DNA of 64,000 nucleotides, taken from NCBI GenBank assembly GCA_965223865.1, contig OZ245020.1, positions 1,921,366 through 1,985,365 on the forward strand, given 5' to 3'. The notes beneath the pieces are model-generated. The model ran no database searches. It worked only from the letters and a program-made list of their open reading frames with translations, and was not told the DNA's origin. Shown piece after piece: positions 33,946 through 44,335 of the stretch (position 1 is the first letter of the stretch; each line of letters opens with the position of its first letter). Both the position numbers and the translations under genes were made by a program. Origin of the DNA: Nitrosarchaeum sp. (GTDB lineage: Archaea; Thermoproteota; Nitrososphaeria; Nitrososphaerales; Nitrosopumilaceae).

Positions 33946-34608
33946 ATGATTACTGAGGTTCAGCTAGTAGACATGATAAAGGAGGCAAAAGCAGGCACCA
34001 AACAACGCAAATTCAAGCAAGCAGTCGAAATGATTACTGTCTTCAAGGATATCGATGTCAAGAAAGGCTTTGCCCTCAATGAAGTAGTTCAGCTTCCAAA
34101 AACCAGTTCACCTGCAACTGTTTGTGTTATGGCCACAGGAGATATGGGTCAAAAAGCAAAGCAGGCAAATGCAGATGCAGTAGTTGGAACAGAAGAACTA
34201 GATAAATTTGCAACAAACAAAAGAGAATCTAGAAAATTCATTAACAAATATGATTTCTTTTTGGCAGACACTCAAGTCATGCCAACAGTAGGTAAAACTC
34301 TAGGTCAGCTTTTAGGTCCAAGAGGAAAAATGCCAACACCAGTTCCATTTAATGCACCAATAGAGTCATTCTTACAAAGATTTAGATCATCAATTAAGGT
34401 TAGAGCAAGAGGTACACTTTCATTGTCATGTAAAATTGGAGATGAGACAATGGAGGATCAAGATTTGGCAGTTAATGCACATGCAATTCTAAGTGCAGTT
34501 GAAAAGAAATTACCAAATGGTGAGAAAAATATCAAAAGGGTTATGATAAAAACCACAATGGGCAAAGTCATCAAACAAGCAGAAGAGGTCAAGAAGAAAC
34601 ATGCATGA
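33946..34608 (+). CDS. rpl1: 50S ribosomal protein L1 (uL1)
   Basis: LGPRGKMP, KTTMG. Confidence 0.96.
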   Translation: MITEVQLVDMIKEAKAGTKQRKFKQAVEMITVFKDIDVKKGFALNEVVQLPKTSSPATVCVMATGDMGQKAKQANADAVVGTEELDKFATNKRESRKFINKYDFFLADTQVMPTVGKTLGQLLGPRGKMPTPVPFNAPIESFLQRFRSSIKVRARGTLSLSCKIGDETMEDQDLAVNAHAILSAVEKKLPNGEKNIKRVMIKTTMGKVIKQAEEVKKKHA

Positions 34609-35467
34609 AAACAGAACTCAATATCCAAAAAGAAAAGCTCAAATGTATCAGCAATTACAAGAGCTTCCAAAAAAATACAAAGTATTGGCTCTTGTCAAAA
34701 TGGATAAAGTAAGATCAACACAAATTCTTCCATTACGAAAAGCACTAAAAGATGATGTAGAGTTTTTTAACATAAAAGACAAGGTTGCTCAAAAGGCACT
34801 TGAGAATTTAGATATTCCAGGAATTAAAGACATGGCAGCAGAATTAACCGGCCAATGTATGTTCATGTTTACAAACATGTCACCGTTTAAGCTAAATGTA
34901 TTGTTGGCAAAAAACAAGATTATGATGGCAGCAAGAGGAGGAGACATTGCAAGTGTGGACGTGGTGGTTCCTGCAAAGAATACAGGAATTGCACCAGGAC
35001 CAATGCTTACTGAATTTAAGGAAGCAGGGATTCCAACAAAGATTGATCAAGGTACAATTTGGATTGCAAAAGACACCACTCCTGTTAAGAAAGGAGAGGC
35101 AATCAATGAAAAATTAGCAGCACTTCTTGGTAAACTTGACATCAAACCAGTAGAGGCAGGAATTACACTGTACACTGCACTAGAAGAGGGATTCAAGTAT
35201 GCTGAACAAGAGATGATAATTGATGTTGAGAAGATTAAAGATGAATTTGCTCAAGCACACCAAGAAGCAGTTTCATTATCAATAGAGGCAGCATATGTAA
35301 CTCCTGAAAACATCTCACAAATACTCAGCAAGGCTGCACAAGCTGCTCGCTCAGTATCAGTAGAATCTGGATTTATGACTGATGAGACAAAAGAGCAAAT
35401 CCTTCAAAAGGCTCACGGGCAGGCCCAATCACTTTCAGGGCAGGCAAAAGACTACACTCCAGCCTAG
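34601..35467 (+). CDS. rpl10: 50S ribosomal protein L10/P0 (uL10)
   Basis: FTNMSPF, NTGIAPGP, GIPTKI. Confidence 0.95.
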   Translation: MHENRTQYPKRKAQMYQQLQELPKKYKVLALVKMDKVRSTQILPLRKALKDDVEFFNIKDKVAQKALENLDIPGIKDMAAELTGQCMFMFTNMSPFKLNVLLAKNKIMMAARGGDIASVDVVVPAKNTGIAPGPMLTEFKEAGIPTKIDQGTIWIAKDTTPVKKGEAINEKLAALLGKLDIKPVEAGITLYTALEEGFKYAEQEMIIDVEKIKDEFAQAHQEAVSLSIEAAYVTPENISQILSKAAQAARSVSVESGFMTDETKEQILQKAHGQAQSLSGQAKDYTPA

Positions 35468-36102
35468 TCTGTCGTTCCTTTAACTCGTGGAAGATTCCAA
35501 TTATACTTCATTGCTACTAACCGTAATCCTGTAGTTAGAATGATTCCTGTAATTGTTGCAATGTATAGTTCTCCCTCTAAAAACAAAATCAGGTAAAATA
35601 CAGAAATCCCAATAAAACTTGCAGATGCATAAAATTCCTTTACAAAGACTATTGGAACTTGGTTTACAACAACATCTCGCAAAATTCCACCACCAACTGC
35701 TGTAAGCATTCCTGCAAGCATTATTGCAAGAAAATTTAATCCAACTAGATGATAAGCAAATGTAGCTCCAATTATTGCAAATACTCCAAGTCCTATTGCA
35801 TCAAATTTTAAAAATAGATTCCAGTGTTTTTTAAGACGAGAATAAAGAAAGAATATTGCAAGACCAGAAATTACTGTAACTATAACATATGCTGGATCAG
35901 AGATGGAATTTGGGAATTGCCCTAAAACTACATCTCTAATTGTTCCGCCAGCAACTCCAGTAAGTGTTGCAAGAAGCAAAACACCTACAATGTCAGATTT
36001 ATTCTCTATAGCTTTGAAAGCACCAGTAACTGCAAATGCCATTGTGCCAAATAGATCTAGAACGTAGATGAAGACATCAGCTGGAACAGAAAAGTCAACC
36101 AA
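35464..36102 (-). CDS. Trimeric intracellular cation channel (UPF0126) family protein
   Basis: Two GGTIRD / GGGILRD repeats; multiple TM helices. Confidence 0.9.
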   Translation of the reverse strand: MVDFSVPADVFIYVLDLFGTMAFAVTGAFKAIENKSDIVGVLLLATLTGVAGGTIRDVVLGQFPNSISDPAYVIVTVISGLAIFFLYSRLKKHWNLFLKFDAIGLGVFAIIGATFAYHLVGLNFLAIMLAGMLTAVGGGILRDVVVNQVPIVFVKEFYASASFIGISVFYLILFLEGELYIATITGIILTTGLRLVAMKYNWNLPRVKGTTD

Positions 36103-36179
36103 TCATATCAGAATACACAATTATTGCTAATTAACATTGACGTGAAAGAACAAAATTAAATTGAAAAAAGAAAAGTTGA

Positions 36180-36488
36180 CTAGCCAAATAGAGAAGAGAG
36201 TCCTTCCATGGCTGCTTCTTCGGTTTTACCTTCATCTTTAGGTGCTTCTTCTTTCTTTTCTTCGCCACCTGCTGCAGCTTCGGCTGCTGCTGGTGCTGCT
36301 GCAGCTACTGCGACTGGTGCGGCTTTGATTGCATCCTCGATGTTAACATCGGCTAAAGCAGCTACGAGTGCTTTTACTTGTGCGTCATTAACTTCAGCGC
36401 CAGATGCTTTTACAACTGAGCTGATGTTGGCCTCATTGACTTCTTTTTGTAGCTTGTGAAGAAGTAAAGCAGCATAAACATATTCCAT
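36180..36488 (-). CDS. rpl12: 50S ribosomal protein L12 (aP1)
   Basis: [11 protein letters not shown], Ala-rich hinge, GLSSLFG C-terminus. Confidence 0.97.
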   Translation of the reverse strand: MEYVYAALLLHKLQKEVNEANISSVVKASGAEVNDAQVKALVAALADVNIEDAIKAAPVAVAAAAPAAAEAAAGGEEKKEEAPKDEGKTEEAAMEGLSSLFG

Positions 36489-36546
36489 TATACCGAAAAT
36501 TTCTTAGGACATAATATAAAACTATGGCGAAATCACGCCTGAGAAT

Positions 36547-37056
36547 CTAGTTTAGAATTTTCAGACTTCGACATACAGAGTAAAGGGTTCGTTTGAGATT
36601 TTTATCAACCAGAGTATCCATTCTTTGCTTTAAAACACGTCTTGCCTCATCTCTCTCAGCACCTGGGGGTAATGAAAGTATATTGTTGATAAATTCAGGT
36701 AGAGATTCACGAATCCATCCATCAAGCATTGTGTAGATTTTTGGTGGAAGTAAATCACACTTGTCCTTGTCTAAATCTAAAATACCTGTAAAGTTTTCGT
36801 GTTCTACTCTATACACCAGAGCGAGGACTACATTGTCTGGAGTGGGGTGCTCTAAAATTTCAATTGATCTCTCTCCTGTTTTTCCCTGAGATATCTTGTT
36901 TTTCAGGCCAACAGGATTCACAATAACTCCGTTAATACCAACCTTTCTGCCCTGAACACCAGTCACTATGGCAAAAATAAAATCATTATAATCTCCATTT
37001 TTTTTAACTGAAAAAACATGTACACCCTCCTTTAGTACAGGCTTTTTACCAAACAT
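36547..37056 (-). CDS. Hypothetical protein
   Basis: 169-aa ORF with upstream TATA. Confidence 0.75.
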   Translation of the reverse strand: MFGKKPVLKEGVHVFSVKKNGDYNDFIFAIVTGVQGRKVGINGVIVNPVGLKNKISQGKTGERSIEILEHPTPDNVVLALVYRVEHENFTGILDLDKDKCDLLPPKIYTMLDGWIRESLPEFINNILSLPPGAERDEARRVLKQRMDTLVDKNLKRTLYSVCRSLKILN

Positions 37057-37160
37057 GATTAGAGTGAAATAGATATTGTATTTAATGTATTATTAATCAG
37101 TCGAAACTCAAAATTAATCAGATTTACTGTTTTAGACATCTGAAATCCTATTCTCAAAAT

Positions 37161-38762
37161 TTAAGAACGCTTTTGATATTCATTGGTACATTTTACAAAT
37201 GCCTCTTCAGCTGTCTCTTCGCCTTCTTTGATTAGGTTTTTGATTGTTGTAGGAGAAAAATCAAAAGCCTTGGCAAAAATGGTATCACCAGATTTTTCTT
37301 TTCTTTCTACATAAACTACTCTTCGAAGCTTGAATCTTCCCTTCCACAAAGTATGCTTTTTGTCTATCACATCATCTTTTTTTGAAGCATAAATTGTACT
37401 TTTATCAGATATTTCATTTACGGCATTAACATCTTGTTTTTCTGCAATTGGTATCAATTTTTGTAGCAGATCAATATACTCACTTCTCATTTTGTCTATC
37501 TTTACTTGGAATTTTGTACGATCATGAAAAGTAATGTCAATCTGTCTGTCTTGAATGGAATCAGGAGAAGTTGGCACTCCGTGTTCTACCGAAGGATAAA
37601 GATTTACAATGAAAATTTCAAGATCTGGAATATTTTCTTTATCTTTTTCTTTCCAATACTGTCTGTGTGCACGCATTACCTGTCTTAGTGGAGTGTTTGC
37701 CAAAAAAGCTCCATCCCAGAAAGTTCTTTCTTCAATTTTATTTTCTTTTAAATTCATTACCGGAAATCTAGGATAGTCGTATCTAATTGGAGTTGCCATG
37801 CTAGCTTCAATGTGTTTCATTTCAATGCCATCATAATCAATTCTAAATTTTGGATTGCCTTTAGGATCCAAACCGTATTCAGAAAACCAAGAATAGTCTT
37901 GATTTTTTGTCCAATATCTTTTCTTTGCAAAACTATCAAAGACAACCGGAGTTGTGATATCCTCCACATCCACTGAAATGATCAGTAAGCGAGGATGGAT
38001 TTGCTCATCAGAATTTTCAGTTTTAATTTTAAGAGGTGTGTTACAGAATTTTTTCATAGTTTCTGCCAAGTAAGCATTGTTGAATCTGGCAAAAGCATGC
38101 GTAAAATAAAACGGATCCAAGAACTTCATATCAGGCTGGATCATTGCAGGACTAAGCACATCAGGAGAACCTAGAAAAACTGAGAACAAATAAGAGTAAT
38201 ATCTTCTTGCCAGTTCACTTGAAGCAGGCAATCCCCAAGTATCTGGAAAGAAACCAAAATACAGTTTATCTAGAAATGGAGAATTTGCAACAAATTGTTT
38301 GGCTATTTTTTTGTCAGGAGTGAAAGGTGAATCATAAAACAAATCACTTTGAGTCTTGAGAAATTTTTTTGTATTTGCCCAATTTGGCCAAAAGTTTTGA
38401 AAAAGTGGATTTTGTAAAAAAACATTATCAACCCACCACATTGGATTCATTGTTCCTCCTCTCTCGGAGATTTTCTTGTAAAAATTCTCAAGAGAATCTA
38501 CGGCGTCTTTCCAGATTTGTGGGTTGGATACATTCTTGTTTTTTGGATTAATTACATTATCAACTAAAATTGCAGCATTTACTGCCCCTATCGAGGAGCC
38601 TGCCACAATATCAAACATGGGTCGATTTTCTCTATTGGAATGTGAATCTTCAATGGAAAGATTACTACAGAATGCCTTTAATGCACCAACTTCATATGCG
38701 CCTAATGCACCTCCTCCTTGTAGAATAAGTGCTCTCCGAACTGGTCTGTCAGAATTTTCCAT
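37161..38762 (-). CDS. Patatin-like phospholipase
   Basis: GGGALG, GSSIG nucleophile, DGA catalytic Asp. Confidence 0.9.
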   Translation of the reverse strand: MENSDRPVRRALILQGGGALGAYEVGALKAFCSNLSIEDSHSNRENRPMFDIVAGSSIGAVNAAILVDNVINPKNKNVSNPQIWKDAVDSLENFYKKISERGGTMNPMWWVDNVFLQNPLFQNFWPNWANTKKFLKTQSDLFYDSPFTPDKKIAKQFVANSPFLDKLYFGFFPDTWGLPASSELARRYYSYLFSVFLGSPDVLSPAMIQPDMKFLDPFYFTHAFARFNNAYLAETMKKFCNTPLKIKTENSDEQIHPRLLIISVDVEDITTPVVFDSFAKKRYWTKNQDYSWFSEYGLDPKGNPKFRIDYDGIEMKHIEASMATPIRYDYPRFPVMNLKENKIEERTFWDGAFLANTPLRQVMRAHRQYWKEKDKENIPDLEIFIVNLYPSVEHGVPTSPDSIQDRQIDITFHDRTKFQVKIDKMRSEYIDLLQKLIPIAEKQDVNAVNEISDKSTIYASKKDDVIDKKHTLWKGRFKLRRVVYVERKEKSGDTIFAKAFDFSPTTIKNLIKEGEETAEEAFVKCTNEYQKRS

Positions 38763-38887
38763 ACAATGTTTTTTTCAATCCATTGTAAAAATATATCAAT
38801 TCAAAAACAATTAACAAATTTTCATAATTCTAAAAAATACCAGAATAGTTTGCCTGAAATCAAATAGTTTAATTTTTTTAATACAGA

Positions 38888-39052
38888 TTATACACCAAAA
38901 ATATCTTCTAGTTTTGTTCTAGGCCAGGTTGGTTTTGGTATCTTTCTGACATGGTTTCCAGTATCAAGATTACGATATCGATACATGCACCAAAATATGA
39001 ATGAAGCCTCACCAGCAACAATCAATCCCCCCAAAATGAAACTGGAGTCCAT
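38888..39052 (-). CDS. 54-aa single-TM microprotein
   Basis: MDSSFILGGLIVAGEASFIFWCMYRYRNL...; TTTAATAA box about 22 nt upstream. Confidence 0.55.
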   Translation of the reverse strand: MDSSFILGGLIVAGEASFIFWCMYRYRNLDTGNHVRKIPKPTWPRTKLEDIFGV

Positions 39053-39149
39053 GGGTTTTGTAAAGGAGTGGATTTTATTAAATTTCTTGATTTATTGATA
39101 TGAGAGAGTAAATGCGAATCTTTTTTCATGTAATTCATGGAATAGTTTT

Positions 39150-39407
39150 ATGGGAAAGCTAGGCATTGGGTTGATGATTGCATTTGGTGCAGCAGCTGGT
39201 GGATTTTTTGCCGGAGGCTATCTTGGTGACGCTTTATGGTTTATGGCAAATGACTATCTTCCTGAATGTCAAGAGTTAGAAGAATCTAAACAAAACCAGT
39301 GTGTAAATGAAAACAGAGACTATTATGCAATAAACACGATCTTTTTGTTTGGCGGTACAATAATTCCATTTATGGCAGTAGTTCTGATTGTAAGACAATT
39401 GAATTAA
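39150..39407 (+). CDS. Small membrane protein (2 TM)
   Basis: Two hydrophobic helices with a Cys-containing loop. Confidence 0.65.
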   Translation: MGKLGIGLMIAFGAAAGGFFAGGYLGDALWFMANDYLPECQELEESKQNQCVNENRDYYAINTIFLFGGTIIPFMAVVLIVRQLN

Positions 39408-39431
39408 AAACCTTCAAATCCAATCTCTAGA

Positions 39432-39626
39432 CTATTCATCAGATAATGACATGAATGACTGTATGTTATTGCAGTTCTCGCACATGAAAATCTCTGTTTT
39501 ACTAATCTTCTTTTGTCCATTAATCACCAATGATAAAGTGCTAACACTTAATGCTGGATTTTCCTTGTTAAGATTCATCATTTTTTCTTTACAGATAGGA
39601 CAAGTTACTTCAGTGGGAATAGTCAT
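39432..39626 (-). CDS. Small zinc-ribbon protein
   Basis: CPIC...CENC. Confidence 0.65.
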   Translation of the reverse strand: MTIPTEVTCPICKEKMMNLNKENPALSVSTLSLVINGQKKISKTEIFMCENCNNIQSFMSLSDE

Positions 39627-39799
39627 ACTTGCATATTATAAGAGATAATAATAAAAATTACTCCAAAATTATTCCGGGTTTTTCTTTGAATATTTGATTA
39701 GGGCTTTAGTAATGAAAAACTAATGAAATAAGGAATTCTAATGAAACGATTCTTTTCTCAACAATGTTTATGAATATGAAATTAGGCTTAATGAAATGA

Positions 39800-40501
39800 A
39801 TGAAAAGCATAGTTTTTCTTGCTTTAATTGTTGTTGCGATAATTTCAATTGCATCTTCAATTGAATTTGTAGATGGATCAACAAAATCAGTTTACTTTAC
39901 TTCAGAGGAGGGCTCCATAAAAGTAGATCAGGAGAAATACCTAAAGCCAAAATATGTTCATGAACCAATCTAGCAACACATCTCAGGCCAAATAGAAAAC
40001 TACCAAAGGGCAGAAGAAACAATTCTTACAATAACATCACCTTCAGGAGAGATAGTTGAAAATGTAATCCGTCCTACAAGAGAAGGAGTATTTGATTTTA
40101 GTACTCAGATAACAAGTAACCACTCTTCAGGAGAATATGAGATACGTATTATTCACAAGGAGACAACAATTGGTCCTGCCATCTTCAAAATTATTGCTGA
40201 AACTGAAACAGAGGAACTTCAAATTCAAAAGGTTCCAGAGTGGGTAAAAAACAATGCAGGTTGGTGGGCTGACGATCTAATAGGAAACAATGATTTTGTT
40301 GAAGGGTTACAGTATCTGATTAATCAGGACATAATCAAGGTTCCACCAACTTCTCAGGCAGGTACAGAAACTGCATTAAATGAGATCCCAGAATGGGTAA
40401 AAAACAATGCAGGTTGGTGGGCACAAGGAGAAATAAAGACAAGTGACTTTTTGAGAGGAATTCAATTTTTGATAGAACAAGGAATTATCAAAATAACATA
40501 A
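39800..40501 (+). pseudogene. Secreted protein with two PEWVKNNAGWW domains, interrupted by in-frame TAG at 39971-39973
   Basis: Signal peptide MKSIVFLALIVVAIIS; frame continues past the amber codon to TAA at 40499; absent from ORF track. Confidence 0.8.
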
Positions 40502-40564
40502 ACTATGGAATAACGAATTGAGATTTTTAGGCTTGAGAAATATTTTGAGTGATAAATATCTCAT

Positions 40565-40882
40565 CTATAATGATTCTTGAAATGGGTGATTGATATCATT
40601 GTGGTTTAATAAAAGACGACCACATCGTGTGCATCTTTTTTCATCATTCATTTTTCGTGGAGGATATTCTCTTTTTTCAGGATCCCAAAAATTTAGAGGT
40701 TTGAACTCATGACAAAAACATTTTACACATTCCCCTCTACCTTCTTTTGGAACAAAAAATCTGGCTGGATTTATTACAAAATCTCGTACCCCCATCTCTT
40801 TTAAAACCAAATAGTGCTCTTTTTAGGAATGTCCACAATTACATTCACGTTTTTTGCCATTATCTTCAATAGAATTTCTCAT
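40565..40882 (-). pseudogene. CxCGH...H...CxxCxC Zn-binding protein interrupted by in-frame TAA at 40823-40825
   Basis: MRNSIEDNGKKRECNCGHS*KEHYLV...ECVKCFCHEF; same motif as intact ORF 58071-58286. Confidence 0.7.
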
Positions 40883-41012
40883 AATACATCATATCACATT
40901 TTTTGGCAAATTCCTTCAATTCAGTTCCAAAAACCAATTCTGAAATTTTTCGGTATAACTATCTAAATTCTTGTAAGATGAAAACATTTTATTTTTTAAA
41001 AGATTCATTTGA

Positions 41013-41516
41013 TTACTCAAATTTTTTATTCCATTCAATTGACCATTTGCGTATAAGATATGCTGCACAGGTAAGATAAACTACAGTAGCAATCAACACA
41101 ACAAATGTTGCAGTTATCAGATTGAATTGGTCGAAAAGATAGGCTATTCCGTATCCTCCAAATGCAATTCCCGATACAATAGACAATCCAGTGATAGAAA
41201 GTGGTTTTAGTTTATTGATTCGTTTTGCAGCTTTAGTGTCTAAACCTGGTACGAGGATATGGAGTACTTGTCTATTCACATTAACTGGACCATCTGCAGG
41301 TAACACAATTAATTTTCGAGACCATTGCATCAACCCAATTACAAAAATTGCAGCACCAATTATCATAGATATAGGAGAAAAGAATTTCTGAAATAAACCA
41401 AGGTCTTCTTCAGTACAGCTAGCATTTGACATACATTCAAAATTGAATACAAATAAACTCACAAGACCAAGGATAAGTACACCCAAACCAACGAGAGTAG
41501 TTTTATTTTTTATCAT
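41013..41516 (-). CDS. Hypothetical membrane protein (about 4 TM)
   Basis: Hydrophobic helices; C-terminal KWSIEWNKKF. Confidence 0.7.
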   Translation of the reverse strand: MIKNKTTLVGLGVLILGLVSLFVFNFECMSNASCTEEDLGLFQKFFSPISMIIGAAIFVIGLMQWSRKLIVLPADGPVNVNRQVLHILVPGLDTKAAKRINKLKPLSITGLSIVSGIAFGGYGIAYLFDQFNLITATFVVLIATVVYLTCAAYLIRKWSIEWNKKFE

Positions 41517-41658
41517 AATATTTAGTTAGATTTTGATTAAGAGATTCATAAAGTATTCTAATCTTTGTTTTAGTTTGTGTATTTGTTTGGCTTACCAGAA
41601 TCCAAAAAAATCTTTTCACATCGCTAATTCTTAATATCGGTCTAAAACAGGTTTTTCG

Positions 41659-44331
41659 TTGGATAAAAAAGAGATTCTAAAGGAATTTTCCTCAGATTCG
41701 GATAGGTACTATAAGGTAAGATTGTTTGAAGAGCAAGGATTTTCTAGAAAATCATGCTCAAAATGTGGAAGATTCTTTTGGACTTTGGATTCAGGTCGAA
41801 ATTTGTGCCCAGATGATGCAGATGACACCTATTCGTTTATCGGCAATCCTCCAACCTCAAAGAGATTTGATTATACTCAGGCCTGGAAGGAAGTAGAATC
41901 TTTTTTTGTAAAAAATGGGCATTCCTCAGTCTCTAGGTATCCGGTAGTGTGTAGATGGAGAGATGACCTATACTTTACCATTGCATCAATCGTAGACTTT
42001 CAAAGGGTGATGGGCTCAAAGGTAGTATTTGAATTTCCAGCAAACCCACTAGTAGTTCCACAGACTTGTCTGCGATTCAAAGACTTGGAAAATGTAGGAG
42101 TTACTGGAAGACACTTTTCTAGCTTTTGTATGATTGGCCAGCACAGCATACCAAATTCTCAAGGATATTGGAAAGACCAATGTGTTGATTTAGACTTTAG
42201 ATTACTTACAAAACAATTTGGAATAAAAAAAGAAGAGATTGTGTTTGTTGAAGATGTGTGGGCTGGTGGTGGTTCGTTTGGTTCTTCGCTTGAATATTTT
42301 GTCAGAGGATTAGAGCTTGGAAATGCAGTGTTTACTGAATTTCAAGGAGAACTTGGAAGACACACAACACTTGATCAAAAAATTATCGACATGGGCGCTG
42401 GCCTTGAAAGGTTTGCATGGATTACCATGGGGACTCCAACTGCATATGATTGCTGCTTTGGTCCAATTAATCAAAAGTTATTTGAAAAAATTGGAATTGA
42501 TTCAGATTCAGAAATTTTAAGAAAATACTTTACAGAAATTGCAAAGGCATTAGAAAACTTTGATGATCTAAACGATGTTAGACGCCATGCAATAAAGCAA
42601 TCAGGGCTAACTGACGAGCAGCTAAACAAAACAATAACACCACTTGAGGGAATGTACCTAATTGCAGATCATCTAAGGACGTTAATCTTTGCAATATCAG
42701 ATGGTGCACTTCCAAGTAATGTTGGCGGAGGATACAATCTTCGAATGATGTTGCGCCGAATCAATGGAACAATCAACAGACTAAATCTAAAACTAGACAT
42801 TGATGATTTGATAGATACCCACATAGACTATCTCAAAGAGACATATCCTGAACTTGACTCAAAAAGGGAAGATGTAAAGAAAATTCTAAAAATTGAATCA
42901 GGAAGATATGAGGAATCAAAAAGCAGGATGAAAAAGATTGCAGATAGTGTAAAGCAAAAGGGGCGCACACCCACAGTTGATGAGCTAATAACGCTTTACG
43001 AGTCAGACGGTGTCACGCCTGACTTTCTCAAAGAAGTAAGGGCAATAGAGGAGATTCCCTCTTCATTTTACTCCAAACTATCTGATTTGCATCAATCAGA
43101 GAAGAAAAAAGATATTGAAAAACTTCCACTTGAAGGACTGCCAGAGACTGATGCCCTATTTTACAAAGATGACCCGATGGAGTTTGAGGCCAAGGTTCTC
43201 AAAATTTTTGGAGACTATGTTGTTTTGGATAGGACATCATTTTATGCAAGAGGTGGTGGACAGGAACCAGACCATGGAACAATAGCTGGATTTCAAGTTG
43301 TGGATGTTGACAAACACGCAGACATTATAGTTCACAAGCTGCAAGGCGGGACACCAAAAGAAGGCCAAACCGTTACATGCAAAGTAGAAAAAACTCGGAG
43401 AACAAAAATTACAAAGAACCACACCAGTACTCACATACTAAATGCATCATCTCGTGGAGTTTTAGGTTCCTGGGTTTGGCAGCACTCTGCATTCAAAGAA
43501 GATGATCACGCAAGACTAGACATCACTCATCACTCTTCGTTAACTGATGAGCAAGTACAACAAATTGAAGATGCTGCAAATGATATGGTAAAGAAAAATT
43601 ATCCTGTAACAATTCAGTATTTTGATAGGGGAACTGCAGAACAAAATTATGGATTTAGAATCTATCAGGGCGGTGTAGTTCCTGTAAAGTCAGTACGCAT
43701 TGTTTCAATTGAAGACAAGGACATTGAGGCTTGTGGAGGGACACATGTAAAGAAGACTGGAGAGATTGAGCTAATCAAAATTACAAAGACAAAGAGAATT
43801 CAAGACGGAGTAGTCAGATTGGAATTTGTATCAGGAGATACGGCATTTGATTATGTAAAGAAGCAAGAAGCTGAATCAATAAAACAAAAAGAGTTGGCAG
43901 CTCAAAAAGAGATAATCGAAAAACAAAGAGAAGAAAGAAAACAAAAGGCAAGAGAGATGATGCCAGTTTTGATAGAAAAGATTTCAGCTGGCGAGTCTGG
44001 GATCTTAGAAGAGATTCAAATCGAAGACAAGTTGTGCTTTACTACAAGTGAACAATATGACGAGTATTTTCATCTCAACTTTGGAAAGAAATTAGTAAAT
44101 TCAGAACCTCTGGCAGCATACTGTGGAATATTTGAGGCAGGACCAACCATTCGTGTTATGGTGTACTGTGGCGAACAGTCAGACAGAAATGCAGGGCAGA
44201 TTGCCCGTGAAATTGCAGATATTTTGGGTGGCTCTGGTGGAGGAGATGCCAAATTTGCTCAAGGCGGAGGAAAAGACACATCTAAAAAAGACCAGGCAAT
44301 AGCCAAGGCAAAATCAATGATTTTAGGGTGA
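41659..44331 (+). CDS. alaS: Alanine--tRNA ligase
   Basis: DMGAGLER, IADHLR, HTSTH and ACGGTH editing motifs, GGGD..FAQGGG. Confidence 0.97.
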   Translation: MDKKEILKEFSSDSDRYYKVRLFEEQGFSRKSCSKCGRFFWTLDSGRNLCPDDADDTYSFIGNPPTSKRFDYTQAWKEVESFFVKNGHSSVSRYPVVCRWRDDLYFTIASIVDFQRVMGSKVVFEFPANPLVVPQTCLRFKDLENVGVTGRHFSSFCMIGQHSIPNSQGYWKDQCVDLDFRLLTKQFGIKKEEIVFVEDVWAGGGSFGSSLEYFVRGLELGNAVFTEFQGELGRHTTLDQKIIDMGAGLERFAWITMGTPTAYDCCFGPINQKLFEKIGIDSDSEILRKYFTEIAKALENFDDLNDVRRHAIKQSGLTDEQLNKTITPLEGMYLIADHLRTLIFAISDGALPSNVGGGYNLRMMLRRINGTINRLNLKLDIDDLIDTHIDYLKETYPELDSKREDVKKILKIESGRYEESKSRMKKIADSVKQKGRTPTVDELITLYESDGVTPDFLKEVRAIEEIPSSFYSKLSDLHQSEKKKDIEKLPLEGLPETDALFYKDDPMEFEAKVLKIFGDYVVLDRTSFYARGGGQEPDHGTIAGFQVVDVDKHADIIVHKLQGGTPKEGQTVTCKVEKTRRTKITKNHTSTHILNASSRGVLGSWVWQHSAFKEDDHARLDITHHSSLTDEQVQQIEDAANDMVKKNYPVTIQYFDRGTAEQNYGFRIYQGGVVPVKSVRIVSIEDKDIEACGGTHVKKTGEIELIKITKTKRIQDGVVRLEFVSGDTAFDYVKKQEAESIKQKELAAQKEIIEKQREERKQKAREMMPVLIEKISAGESGILEEIQIEDKLCFTTSEQYDEYFHLNFGKKLVNSEPLAAYCGIFEAGPTIRVMVYCGEQSDRNAGQIAREIADILGGSGGGDAKFAQGGGKDTSKKDQAIAKAKSMILG

Positions 44332-44335
44332 TACT

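Noticed and set aside
33976-34017. Methanococcus-type uL1 autoregulatory site inside rpl1 (AAGGAGGC...CGCAAATTC)
   Set aside because: The flanking helices do not pair convincingly, and the similarity can be explained by protein conservation (KEA...RKF)
39971-39973. Genome-wide amber recoding (pyrrolysine)
   Set aside because: TAG terminates conserved genes at their expected ends in this window and no pyl genes are seen
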